Assembly (NCBI GenBank): GCA_964528145.1
Contig: CAZGSF010000001.1
Location: 3,267-67,266 of the forward strand
DNA length: 64,000 bases
Source of the DNA: an uncultured Lachnospiraceae bacterium
GTDB taxonomy: Bacteria > Bacillota > Clostridia > Lachnospirales > Lachnospiraceae
Reading direction: 5' to 3'
Made by a program: the position numbers and the translations under genes. The notes beneath the pieces were generated by a model. The model saw nothing but the letters and a program-made list of their open reading frames with translations. It made no database searches and was not told the DNA's origin. How positions within the stretch are numbered: position 1 is the stretch's first letter; the number at the start of each line of letters is the position of its first letter. Below are positions 29,269 through 39,700 of this stretch, one piece after another.

Positions 29269-30324
29269 GTGAATATGAAGACAATTAAGAAATTTTTGAA
29301 TGAAATTTTTATTGATGGATTAAGTGGAATGGCGCTGGGGCTTTTTTCTACATTAATTATCGGAACAATAATTGCACAGATAGGAAGCCTTGTAGACGGA
29401 GAGATAGGAAGTTATCTTATTGCTATAAGTAATGTTGCCAAGAGTTTGACGGGAGCAGGAATTGCAGTAGGTGTTGCGAGCAAATTTAAAGAAGGTCCTC
29501 TTGTTACAGTATCAGCAGCTGTGGCGGGTATGATTGGTGCATTTCCGGGAGTAACCTCCATGGAGGCGTTTGCGCTTGGTAAACCCGGTGAACCTTTAGG
29601 GGCGTTTATTGCAGCAATTGTGGCAATTAAGCTTGGACATCTTGTTGCAGGTAAGACAAAAGTGGATATTATTGTAACTCCAATGGTATCTATTCTTACC
29701 GGTGCCGCAGCAGGTTTTATAGTGGGACCTCCCATCAGTTCTTTTATGATGTGGGTTGGCGAACTGGTTAATTTTAACGTTGAAGCTCATCCTGTTGTTG
29801 GTGGTATTATTGTATCCGTTCTTATGGGTATGATTCTTACATTGCCAATCAGTTCTGCTGCAATCGGAGTTTCCATGGGACTTAGTGGTCTTGCGGCAGG
29901 TGCGGCAACAATTGGCTGCTGCTGTAATATGGTAGGTTTTGCCGTTGCAAGTTACCGTGAAAATAAAATGGGTGGTCTTATTGCCCAGGGAGTAGGAACC
30001 AGTATGCTTCAGGTACCTAATATAGTACGCAAACCCATCATATGGCTTCCTGCTATTATATCAAGTGCGATTTTAGGACCAATCGCTTCTGCTGTATTAC
30101 ATATGACAAGTACTCCTGTAGGTTCCGGAATGGGCTCGGCAGGTTTTGTAGGACAGTTTGCAGCATATGAATCCATGACAGAAGGCGGCATGTCAGGAGG
30201 AATGGCGTTAGTACTTATTTTAATAATGCACTTTATTCTTCCGGCAGTGGTTTCGTTGGGAATTTCAGAGGCTATGCGAAAAGCAAAGCTTATTAAGAGC
30301 GGCGATATGGCATTAGATGTATAA
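29269..30324 (+). CDS. PTS EIIC-like membrane protein (PTS_EIIC_2 type)
   Basis: GMALGLFSTLIIG, LPISSAA, GTSMLQVPN, GMGSAG; multiple TM helices. Confidence 0.8.
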   Translation: MNMKTIKKFLNEIFIDGLSGMALGLFSTLIIGTIIAQIGSLVDGEIGSYLIAISNVAKSLTGAGIAVGVASKFKEGPLVTVSAAVAGMIGAFPGVTSMEAFALGKPGEPLGAFIAAIVAIKLGHLVAGKTKVDIIVTPMVSILTGAAAGFIVGPPISSFMMWVGELVNFNVEAHPVVGGIIVSVLMGMILTLPISSAAIGVSMGLSGLAAGAATIGCCCNMVGFAVASYRENKMGGLIAQGVGTSMLQVPNIVRKPIIWLPAIISSAILGPIASAVLHMTSTPVGSGMGSAGFVGQFAAYESMTEGGMSGGMALVLILIMHFILPAVVSLGISEAMRKAKLIKSGDMALDV

Positions 30325-30432
30325 AAAAAACGTCAAAATTTGGTAAAATGTTACAAAAATGTTAAATAAAGTTGTACTTATAGAGTCATCTGTGGTAAAA
30401 TGGTTAAAGTTTACCGGAGGTGACTTTTTTTT

Positions 30433-31239
30433 ATGGAATCTTTTAAAAGTAAAAAGCATAAAAGGAAAGTTAATTATTTGGTCTTGTTTACAACTGATGC
30501 AGTAGATGGAAATATCATGCAGATACGCCTTACGCCCTTTCTTTACAGGCTGCTTATTGTGTTCATTTGTGTTGTAATTGGAATTCTGGCAGGGTTCTTT
30601 GCGTATGGCGGTTCATTGTACGAGAAGTTTGAAAGTACATTGAAAGAACAAAAAGAAGAAATTTCTACGTTAAAGGATGAAAATGCAGCGATTACGGCAG
30701 AGAATGAGGCATTGAGTGAAAAGGTTGCAATTCTTAGTGAGACGGTTAACCAGAAGGTTTTGGCTGAACAGGAAGAAGCAGAGTATAACAAGGCAATGGC
30801 GTTGCCAACAGATTTCCCATTAACAGGTTCTGCACAGGTTGAAGAAACTACAAGAGTTGAGGTTCGTGCAGCTGAACTGGCGGAGGCTGGTATTCAGATT
30901 CGTGATTTTGATGCAGATGAATCCACATTGCCACAGGATAAATATCCGATCAGTCTTTTTACGGCAACCGAAGGAACCAGTGCGGTTGCATCGGGTACCG
31001 GTACAGTAATCGAAGTCGCAGATGATGCTGATTTCGGATATCGAGTGGTTATTGACCATGGCAACGGATATAAGTCGGTATACCTTAATAAAGAAGCACC
31101 TATTGTTAAACAGGGAGACAGTATTACCAGAGGTGCAGCGATATATATAATTAAGAGTGAGAATACATCACTAGGGTATCAGATTATCGAAAATGATGTG
31201 TACATAAATCCAATGGATATGATTGCAATAAGTGGATAG
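30433..31239 (+). CDS. Membrane-anchored coiled-coil protein with degenerate M23 (LytM) domain
   Basis: TM helix + coiled coil + GT...A...GTV...G..V.IDHGNGY.S.Y...VK.GD. HxxxD and HxH zinc ligands not found. Confidence 0.8.
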   Translation: MESFKSKKHKRKVNYLVLFTTDAVDGNIMQIRLTPFLYRLLIVFICVVIGILAGFFAYGGSLYEKFESTLKEQKEEISTLKDENAAITAENEALSEKVAILSETVNQKVLAEQEEAEYNKAMALPTDFPLTGSAQVEETTRVEVRAAELAEAGIQIRDFDADESTLPQDKYPISLFTATEGTSAVASGTGTVIEVADDADFGYRVVIDHGNGYKSVYLNKEAPIVKQGDSITRGAAIYIIKSENTSLGYQIIENDVYINPMDMIAISG

Positions 31240-31252
31240 AAAGAGGTTAAAA

Positions 31253-31798
31253 ATGAAAAAGAACAATATGAAAGCAAAAATTAGCACTATTCTTGGAAAA
31301 GGCTGTGTACTTAACGGTGATTTCAATGCAGAAGGTTCAGCAAGAATCGATGGTAGTGTAAACGGTAATGTGGTTGTAAAAGGACTGCTTGTATTAGGTG
31401 TTGACGGAAAAATTATCGGAGACATCGAAGCAACCGGTGTTATAATCGGCGGACAGGTAATCGGAAATATAGATGCACCTGAGAAATTAGAAATTTCTTC
31501 CCGTGCAAAGGTTATCGGCGATATCAAAACAAAGGTGCTTGTAGTAGATGAACGTGCAATTTTCCAAGGAAAGTGTGATATGTATCAGGAAGAGGTAACC
31601 GGCAAAAAAGCAAATGTTAAGCCGAGTGTTAAAGCAGCACGTGCAGGAAAGAAGTCAGCAAAGGCTGCTATTGCGGAAGCATTGAAGGAAGTAGAAGAAG
31701 AAAATCGCAGTCAGGAAGAAACCATGGCAAATGCAGCGGTGGATACTGCAGATGTAAAACCTGTAGAAGAAGCTAAGGATACAGTAGAAGTGAAATAA
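31253..31798 (+). CDS. Bactofilin (polymer-forming cytoskeletal protein)
   Basis: STILGKG...GD...IDGSVNGNV...IGDI..G.V.GNI...GAIFQGKCDM-like beta-helix repeats, plus a charged tail. Confidence 0.9.
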   Translation: MKKNNMKAKISTILGKGCVLNGDFNAEGSARIDGSVNGNVVVKGLLVLGVDGKIIGDIEATGVIIGGQVIGNIDAPEKLEISSRAKVIGDIKTKVLVVDERAIFQGKCDMYQEEVTGKKANVKPSVKAARAGKKSAKAAIAEALKEVEEENRSQEETMANAAVDTADVKPVEEAKDTVEVK

Positions 31799-31809
31799 TA
31801 TAATGCAAT

Positions 31810-31839
31810 AAAAAAGTGCTGGCAATGCAGCACTTTTTT
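31810..31839. terminator. Bidirectional terminator
   Basis: AAAAAAGTGCTG-GCAATG-CAGCACTTTTTT. Confidence 0.8.
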
Positions 31840-32126
31840 TATTGTTTCATACGTTCAAAAACTAATTCATAGCCATCGTTACCGTAATTTAATGAGCGGT
31901 TTACACGGCTTATAGTGGCTGTGGAAGCACCTGTTTTGTCTGCGATTTCGAGGTAGGTCTTTTTGTCGCGTAACATGGTTGCTACTTCAAAACGCTGTGA
32001 AAGTGACAAAAGTTCATTTACAGTGCATAAATCTTCGAAGAAACCATAACATTCGTCCTTATCCTTCAAACACAGAATCGCATCAAAAAGATGATCTACG
32101 GCATCTGTTTTAATTTTCTTGTTCAT
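31839..32126 (-). CDS. yerC: YerC/YecD TrpR-related protein
   Basis: FFEDLCT..EL..LSQR and TGASTATISRVNRSL.YG. Confidence 0.92.
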   Translation of the reverse strand: MNKKIKTDAVDHLFDAILCLKDKDECYGFFEDLCTVNELLSLSQRFEVATMLRDKKTYLEIADKTGASTATISRVNRSLNYGNDGYELVFERMKQ

Positions 32127-32324
32127 AAGTTATACCTCACATCCTTAATAGACACTTTTTTGCTTTAATTTGTAAAACCGTCTGTAGGCATTTTAACATA
32201 TTAAAGTTGTAAAGTAAACAAAAATATTAAATAAAAATATAAATATATAAATATATAAAATGCTTGTCATGTGGTTTTTAATACTATATAATGTAAAAAG
32301 ATATACCAATGAGAGGGGACTGTT

Positions 32325-32981
32325 ATGAAAATAGATATGCAGGATCTGCTTAACAGTATATTATCCAACTTTGAACGGATAGAATATATTAAGACAGAAG
32401 ATATTCCGAATATTGATTTGTATATGGACCAGGTTACTACGCTAATGGATAGCAGACTTAGGAATTCTACGCGTAATCCGGGCGATGATAAGATTCTTAC
32501 AAAGACGATGATTAACAATTATACTAAGAATGACTTGCTTCCGCCACCGGTTAAGAAAAAATATTCAAAAGAGCATGTTCTTTTGTTGATTTTTATTTAT
32601 TACTTCAAGGGTGTATTATCAATTAATGATATACAGACTCTTTTAGGTCCGCTGACTGAGAATTATTTCCAGGGGAACGGCAAGTTTACATTGGAGGATG
32701 TTTACGAAGAGGTTTTTTCTTTGGAAGAAGGCTATATAGAGCTTTTGAAGCAGGATGTAATTGAGAAATATGAGAAGGCTGAGTCTACATTTACGGATGC
32801 ACCGGGGAAGGATAAGAAATTCCTTCAGCAATTTGCCTTTATATGTATGCTTAGTTTTGATGTGTACATTAAAAAACTACTTATTGAGAAGCTGATTGAC
32901 GGAATTCACGAAGGAACAGTAAAGGAAGCAGATGCTTCCAAGAGTGAGCAAAAAACAAAAGAAACCAAGCCGGTAAAATAA
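32325..32981 (+). CDS. DUF1836 domain protein
   Basis: IPNIDLYMDQV, LTKTMINNYTK, PP.KKKYS.EH. Confidence 0.88.
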   Translation: MKIDMQDLLNSILSNFERIEYIKTEDIPNIDLYMDQVTTLMDSRLRNSTRNPGDDKILTKTMINNYTKNDLLPPPVKKKYSKEHVLLLIFIYYFKGVLSINDIQTLLGPLTENYFQGNGKFTLEDVYEEVFSLEEGYIELLKQDVIEKYEKAESTFTDAPGKDKKFLQQFAFICMLSFDVYIKKLLIEKLIDGIHEGTVKEADASKSEQKTKETKPVK

Positions 32982-33047
32982 TTGTATTAATAGCACATTT
33001 TATAATTACACATATAATAAAGCATCATGAAAAAATGGAGGTCTTTA

Positions 33048-34058
33048 ATGAAAAAGATTTGTTTGACATTTGGGATGGTGCTTTTTTTGTGCGCATCATT
33101 ACTTGCCGGATGTACTAAAGGCGGAAACAATAAGGATGAGGAAACGGGCACGAAGGTAACATTAAATGAGGTGGCTCATTCCATATTTTATGCACCCATG
33201 TATGTGGCTATTGAAAAAGGCTATTTCGAAGAAGAAGGAATTGATTTGACGCTTGTAACGGGTTTTGGCGCGGATAAAACCATGACAGCGGTGCTTACAG
33301 GTGAAGCAGAAATCGGATTTATGGGAAGTGAATCAAGCGTATATACTTATCTTGGGGGTACGGATGATTATGTGGTGACCTTTGCGCAGTTGACCCAGAG
33401 AGCAGGAAACTTTTTGGTATCAAGAGAGCCAGTGGAAGATTTCGCATGGTCAATGCTTAAAGGAAAAGAAGTGCTTGGAGGCCGTGCCGGCGGTATGCCC
33501 CAGATGGTATTTGAATATATTCTTAAGAAGAATAATATTGATCCCAAGGCAGATTTGTCAATTGACCAGAGTATAGATTTTGGCTCAACTGCGGCAGCAT
33601 TTTCCGGTGGTCAGGGAGAATTTACCGTGGAATTTGAACCACATGCAACAGCCCTTGAATTAAAAGGCGACGGATATGTGGTAGCATCCTTGGGAGAAGA
33701 TTCAGGATATGTTCCGTATACTGCTTTTTCGGCACGGAAAAGTTATATCGAGGAAAATCCCCAGGTTATCCAGGGATTTACCAACGCCCTTCAAAAAGGT
33801 ATGGATTATGTGTTGAGCCATACTCCGGAGGAAATTGCAGAAGTCATTAAGCCCCAGTTTGAGGAAACAGAAGATGAGGCTTTGGTTGCAATTATTAAGC
33901 GTTATTATGAACAGGATACATGGAAAGATAATTTGATATTTGAAGAAGAAAGCTTTACACTTCTTTTGGATATTCTTGAAGATGCGGGGGAATTGGAACA
34001 AAGAGTACCTTATGAAGATTTGGTGACAACCGAATTTGCGGTTAAGGCAGCAGAATAA
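33048..34058 (+). CDS. ABC transporter substrate-binding lipoprotein (NMT1/THI5/SsuA-like), orphan
   Basis: Lipobox LAGC; EVAHSIFYAPMYVA..KGYF; GGR.GGMP. No permease or ATPase gene adjacent. Confidence 0.85.
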   Translation: MKKICLTFGMVLFLCASLLAGCTKGGNNKDEETGTKVTLNEVAHSIFYAPMYVAIEKGYFEEEGIDLTLVTGFGADKTMTAVLTGEAEIGFMGSESSVYTYLGGTDDYVVTFAQLTQRAGNFLVSREPVEDFAWSMLKGKEVLGGRAGGMPQMVFEYILKKNNIDPKADLSIDQSIDFGSTAAAFSGGQGEFTVEFEPHATALELKGDGYVVASLGEDSGYVPYTAFSARKSYIEENPQVIQGFTNALQKGMDYVLSHTPEEIAEVIKPQFEETEDEALVAIIKRYYEQDTWKDNLIFEEESFTLLLDILEDAGELEQRVPYEDLVTTEFAVKAAE

Positions 34059-34117
34059 TAAATTATAATTTATAATTGTGTAGAGAAATTAATGCAAAGA
34101 ACCCGGAGTTTTTTGCA

Positions 34118-34606
34118 TTAATTATCTACACGGATATTTTTAATTGCCCATAGCTGGAGGGCTTTTGCGTTTGTAGATATTTTTTCAAGAGAATCCAGAA
34201 TCTCATTAAATGTTTTTTCTTCAGCATCTGAAATTATACCATCTTCAGAGATTGCAATAAGTGACATACGCAAATCGTCAATATCCTTTAATGAACCCAG
34301 TACTTTAAGTGCCAGACGGTCAAAATCGTCGATTGTAACTTCCTTTACGGTAAGTTTGCCGATGGGACATTCTTTTGCACAATAAGAGTTGTAAAGTTCA
34401 GGACAGTTGTAAACCCTTGACATGGAAAGAACCTCTTCGGGGTAAGGTGATACTTCACTCAGTTCAATTCTTGCCAGTCTTGTGCGGTCCATAGTTAAGA
34501 GTTCAGAGGCTTTTTCACGGCTTGAAAAGTCAGAATTATCTTTTGATGCCTCGAATCGTGCTTGATAATACATATTATCGGCTGCTTTTGTAGCTTTTTT
34601 GCCCAT
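34118..34606 (-). CDS. XRE-like HTH regulator
   Basis: SREKASELL.MDRTRLARIE...P..EEV..M..VY..PEL...YC...CPIG HTH-like N-terminus; helical C-terminus with EDGIIS..E. Confidence 0.65.
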   Translation of the reverse strand: MGKKATKAADNMYYQARFEASKDNSDFSSREKASELLTMDRTRLARIELSEVSPYPEEVLSMSRVYNCPELYNSYCAKECPIGKLTVKEVTIDDFDRLALKVLGSLKDIDDLRMSLIAISEDGIISDAEEKTFNEILDSLEKISTNAKALQLWAIKNIRVDN

Positions 34607-34884
34607 TTATAAATACTCCTTTTATGAATATAATGTAATTGTCAAAATAAAAAAAGAAAAACGGTAAATCCAAAATCTAGTTTAGAAGAAAATAGTATTA
34701 TTGTAAAGAGTAAATCCATAAATTGATAAAGAATTGATAAAGAATCGGGACAAATTAATATTTTGTATCGACATAATTTAAAAAATCAATTATAATGGTT
34801 ACTGTGAATATTTATACAACAGGGAGCTCTTGGGGATTTCTACATAAGAGATTTGAGGATGCACCGACAATAAGGAGGACAATT

Positions 34885-35565
34885 ATGGGTATTTTAACAA
34901 GATTTAAAGACATTATGGCATCAAATTTCAATGCACTTTTAGACAAGGTTGAGGATCCTGAAAAGATGATTGACCAGTATCTTCGCAACCTTGAGAATGA
35001 CCTTGGCGAAGTTAAGGCAGAAGCGGCATCTGTAATGGCAGAAGAAAAAGCTGCAAAAAGAAAATTGGATGACTGCACTGAAGAAATGAATAAGATGGTT
35101 GAGTATGCAAAGAAAGCTATTGCAGCAGGTAATGACGGCGAAGCAAAACAGTTCCTTGCAAGAAAAACTGAACTTGCAGAAAAGGTAGCTGTATTACAGC
35201 AGCAGTACGATATCTGTGTAGACAGTGCAACCAAAATGCGCGATATGCATGATAAATTGACACAAGATATTAATACATTAAAGGGCAAGAGAGAAACATT
35301 AAAAGCAAAAGCAAAAGTTGCAGAAACCAAGAAGAAAATGAGTAAATTAGGCTCAGGTCTTGAGAGTGCAGGAAGCAATCTCGCTGCTTTTGACAGAATG
35401 GAAGATAAAGTAAACAAAATGCTTGATGAAGCAGATGCAATGGCAGAGCTTAATGCGGAAAAACCTGATTCTCTTGATGAACTTGCAAAAAAATATGAAA
35501 GTTCCGCTGCTGATACTGCTGTAGATGATGAGCTTGCAGCTTTAAAGGCAGAAATGGGAATGTAG
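34885..35565 (+). CDS. pspA: PspA/IM30 family protein
   Basis: MGILTRFKDIM..N.NALLDK.EDPEKM.DQY; C-terminal VDDELAALKAE; AAGGAGG RBS before 34885. Confidence 0.92.
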   Translation: MGILTRFKDIMASNFNALLDKVEDPEKMIDQYLRNLENDLGEVKAEAASVMAEEKAAKRKLDDCTEEMNKMVEYAKKAIAAGNDGEAKQFLARKTELAEKVAVLQQQYDICVDSATKMRDMHDKLTQDINTLKGKRETLKAKAKVAETKKKMSKLGSGLESAGSNLAAFDRMEDKVNKMLDEADAMAELNAEKPDSLDELAKKYESSAADTAVDDELAALKAEMGM

Positions 35566-35591
35566 TTTAACGGAATGTGAGGTTAGTAGTC

Positions 35592-36551
35592 ATGGGTTTG
35601 TTTTCAAAGCAACTGGCAAATGTTGTGGAATGGAACGAGGTACGGGAAGATGTTCTGTTCTGGAAATGGAGTAATAAAGAGATTAAGAAGGGCTCAAGAT
35701 TAATTGTACGTCCGGGACAGGATGCAATCTTCCTTTATAACGGACGGATTGAGGGTATTTTTGAGGATGAAGGAAGTTATGATATTGAATCTGAGATTAT
35801 TCCTTTCCTTTCTACCTTAAAGGGCTTTAAATTCGGTTTTAATTCCGGACTTCGTGCAGAGGTTTTGTTTATCAATACAAAGGAACATCTTGTGAAATGG
35901 GGTACTAAGAATGCCATTAATATTCCGGCACCGGGACTTCCGGGAGGAATGCCAATCCGAGCATTTGGTACATTCAGCTGTAAGATTTCAGACCACATGG
36001 TTTTAATTGATAAGCTTGCAGGTGTTAAACAGATGTATACGGTTGAAGATGTTAAGGCACGTATTGTTTCGGAACTTGACCAGTTATTAATGAGCTGGAT
36101 AGCCAAAGAAGGCCATGATATGTTCAATCTTCAGGCAGATGCCAGAAGTATTTCCAAAGGAATTATGGAAGATTTGGATTATAATTTGGCAAAAATAGGT
36201 ATTGCAGTTACAGATTTTAACATTGACAGCTTTTCATATCCTGAATCTGTTGCCAAGATGCAGGAAAAAGCGGCAGCCCAGTCCATGATTGGCGATATGA
36301 ACCGTTATCAGCAGATGGCTGTTGCGGACGGAATGGAAAAAGGTTCAAAGGGCTCTTCTGTGGCAGGTGATATGATGGGTATGCAGATGGGTATGATGAT
36401 GGGCCAGCAGATGATGAATCAGATGCAGATGACAAATGCAGGGGCTAATCAAACTAATACCGGCGGTTCTGTTCCCAAATTCTGTCCCAATTGCGGACAA
36501 CCCACTCAGGGACTTAATTTCTGCGGTAATTGCGGTTATAAATTAAATTAA
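35592..36551 (+). CDS. SPFH/band-7-like protein (YdjI-like) with C-terminal double zinc ribbon
   Basis: GS.LIVRPGQ.AIF, KWGT..., RAFGTFS; C-terminal FCPNCG...FCGNCG. Confidence 0.85.
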   Translation: MGLFSKQLANVVEWNEVREDVLFWKWSNKEIKKGSRLIVRPGQDAIFLYNGRIEGIFEDEGSYDIESEIIPFLSTLKGFKFGFNSGLRAEVLFINTKEHLVKWGTKNAINIPAPGLPGGMPIRAFGTFSCKISDHMVLIDKLAGVKQMYTVEDVKARIVSELDQLLMSWIAKEGHDMFNLQADARSISKGIMEDLDYNLAKIGIAVTDFNIDSFSYPESVAKMQEKAAAQSMIGDMNRYQQMAVADGMEKGSKGSSVAGDMMGMQMGMMMGQQMMNQMQMTNAGANQTNTGGSVPKFCPNCGQPTQGLNFCGNCGYKLN

Positions 36552-36566
36552 TATTTCGGATTTTAT

Positions 36567-36606
36567 ACAGGGTGAAGTTTAACCAACTTTACCCTGTGTT
36601 TTTTTG
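36567..36606 (+). terminator. Intrinsic terminator of the pspA operon
   Basis: ACAGGGTGAAGTT...AACTTTACCCTGT followed by a T-tract. Confidence 0.75.
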
Positions 36607-36706
36607 TGTTTTTTGTATGAATTTGACAAATATTTTGTTGTCAACAGTATGCAAGAGGGAGTATAATATTTATAATATGCAATAACATGAGAGGGAGTGT
36701 ATACGC

Positions 36707-39700
36707 ATGGATGCAAATGCACGAATCAAAGAGCTTGAGAAGAAATTACAAGATACAGAAGATATGATGGGCTCACTGCTTGATAATATGGCGGTGGGTG
36801 TTGTTCGCGTTATATATAAAAAGGATGAGGCGAAAGTAGTTTATATGTCTGACTCGGTATGTAAATTGCTGGGGTATGATAAGTCGGAATATGAACAGCT
36901 TCGCGACGGAAGCGGAAGCAACTTCTATTTTATGAAGGATTACGAGAAGAAACTCATAAGTGAAGCCAAAGAGGCTATGCAGGGACAGAGGCTATCCGAG
37001 GAGGAATATAAACTTACGAAAAAAGACGGTACCTCCATATGGGTTGCTATCCGTGGAGAAGTTGTATCTGTTGATAATGAAGGCATACTTATCCAATATG
37101 CCATGATGAACATGAACGGTTATCATGAAGCAATTGAGCAGATGCGGCTTGAACAGGAGAAACTCAATATAGTCGTTGAAATTGCGGCAGATTTAATTTT
37201 TGAGTATGATATTAATAATGATGCGATGCATTATACAAAGCAAAGCGAAGATGGGCTGAATGCAGAGAATGTTTCTGATAATTATTTTGAAATTATGAGA
37301 ACTGAAGGCTGGGTGCATCAGGATGATTTAGTTGAACTGGAGGATTTTTGCGACCAGATGCGCAGTGGTGCACCAATAGTTCACACTATACTTAGGAAGC
37401 GTTTTGCAGATAGAAAATTTCATTGGGTAGAAGTTGACGGACGTACAATTTACGAAGATGGTGTGGCTACCAAGGTTATCGGTAAGATTACCAATATAGA
37501 TAAGCGCATGGAAAAGGAAGAAATGTTAAGGATTAACTCAGAGAGAGATTCCCTTACAGGACTTTTTAATCATAAAACATGCATAGATAAAATATGTAAG
37601 CAGTTAAGGTTGTTGAAGCCGGGAGAGCAGGCTATTCTTCTTGTTTGTGACGTTGATGAGTTCAAACAGATTAACGATAGTAATGGTCACTTGTTTGGCG
37701 ATGCGGTTATTTGTACTTTTGCGGATGAATTGCGCTCTATTTTTCCTAATTCTGTCAAGGGAAGAATTGGCGGGGATGAATTCATGGTTTTAATCCGTAA
37801 TACAGACAGGGAACAGGTTGAGAATAAGCTGCAGCAACTAAACAGGCAGTTTGGCAAGCTGAACGTGGAAGATGACGGTAAGATTAAAATTTCATGCAGC
37901 ATGGGTGCGGTAATTTGTACTTATGATGACCATGATTATGAAAAGGCATTCCAGTTGGCGGATGCCGCATTATATAATGTCAAAAATGCCGGCAAAGGTA
38001 CATATTATATTGTAAATATTGATGATAGTAAGCCGGAACTGAAAAAGAGTTATTTTGAGAGTAAGCAGGGAGAAGAAGTTTACGTCAGAGATGAATCTTT
38101 GATTAGCAATGATGAAGAGTTGATTATATTCTCTTTGGAATTATTGGAAAATGTTGCGGACGTACGTGTGGGACTTAAGATGGTTGCGGACAGGGCGTGC
38201 CGTTTCTTTGGTTTCGATGAGATTCTTTATATTAAAAAGCATGAAGATTTATATGAGTTATTGTTCCAATGGGGTAACAGGGATGATGCTTCTTTTGAAA
38301 GCAGAATGCTTGATAAGAGTGAAATTATGTGGACACAGGCAGATTTAGACTTTGATGATAATAATACCGTGGTATTACTACAGTCTGAACTGGCACAGTA
38401 TGGGTTAAATACAATGAGTTCCGTGCTTGGGATAAAATATGATCTTGCTGACGGAACCAGCAGATACATGGTTTTTGTTGACCGTTTGACTGAGAGAAAT
38501 TGGGAAATAGAGCGTAATACTATGATTAGGCTTGCCGGTATTATGTTTAACCGTATTTATCGTATGAAGGCGGAAGAAAAAGCCCGTTTTGAAGCAGAAA
38601 AGCAGATTAATTATGATTCGTTAACAGGTCTGCTCAATTATTCAAAATTCCTTGAAATGACAGAACAATATCTGCAGGGGGTTAAAGGAAACAAAAATGC
38701 GGAATACTATTTTACATATCTTGATTTTGAAAATTTCCAGTATATGAATGAAGTATATGGATATTCGGTAGGAGATTCTGTATTAAAGAGATTTGCGGAT
38801 TATTTGATGGCATTTCCGGGAGGAGTATATTTTTCACGTGTTACATCAGATCATTACGTGGGACTTTTGCGGGATGAAGACGGAGCATTGGAAACTATCA
38901 AAACATATTTTATTGATTTCTGTAATATGATTAATGCAGAATATAAGAACGGAAATATTGTGCTCACTTGCGGCTTCTGTAAGGTTGTTGGCGATGAGGA
39001 TAATGTTTCGGTAATGGTTGATTATGCCAATGTGGCACGAAAGTGCGGTAAAGGAAGTACCCAGACAAGTTTTTGGATATATTCGGACAGCATAAAAGAA
39101 AAGAATGAAACAGAGATGAATGTCATTACCCACATGACATCGGCATTGGAGAACAGGGAGTTTTGTGTGTATCTGCAGCCTAAAGTGAACCTTCATACCG
39201 GTAAGTGTGTAGGTGCGGAGGCTTTGGTAAGATGGCAGAGAGGTGAAGGTGTTCTTTTTTATCCTGATCAGTTCATTCCGGTTTTTGAGCGTAACGGGTT
39301 CATTACAAAGGTTGATTTTTATGTACTTGAAGAAGTGCTTAGATATTTGAGAAATGCAATGGATATGGGAGAAGAAGTTGTTCCTGTTTCTGTTAATTTT
39401 TCCAGACTGCATAATAATGATGAAACCTGGGTTGATAAAATTAAAGATTTATTAGATAGGTATTCAATTCCACCTCATCTTTTGGAAGTTGAGGTTACGG
39501 AATCTGTTTACATGTATGATTTTAATGGTCTTCGTGAAAAGGCAAAACGTCTTCAGGACATGGGAGTTGTGATATCAATTGATGACTTTGGAAGCGGATA
39601 TTCTTCTCTTAATGTGTTATCAAAAGTGCAGGCTGATGTTATTAAGCTTGACAGACAGTTTTTACTGGATGATGACAATGAATCTTCCACAGATTTTATT

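Noticed and set aside
34812..35417. 201-aa minus-strand ORF
   Set aside because: Antisense shadow of pspA.
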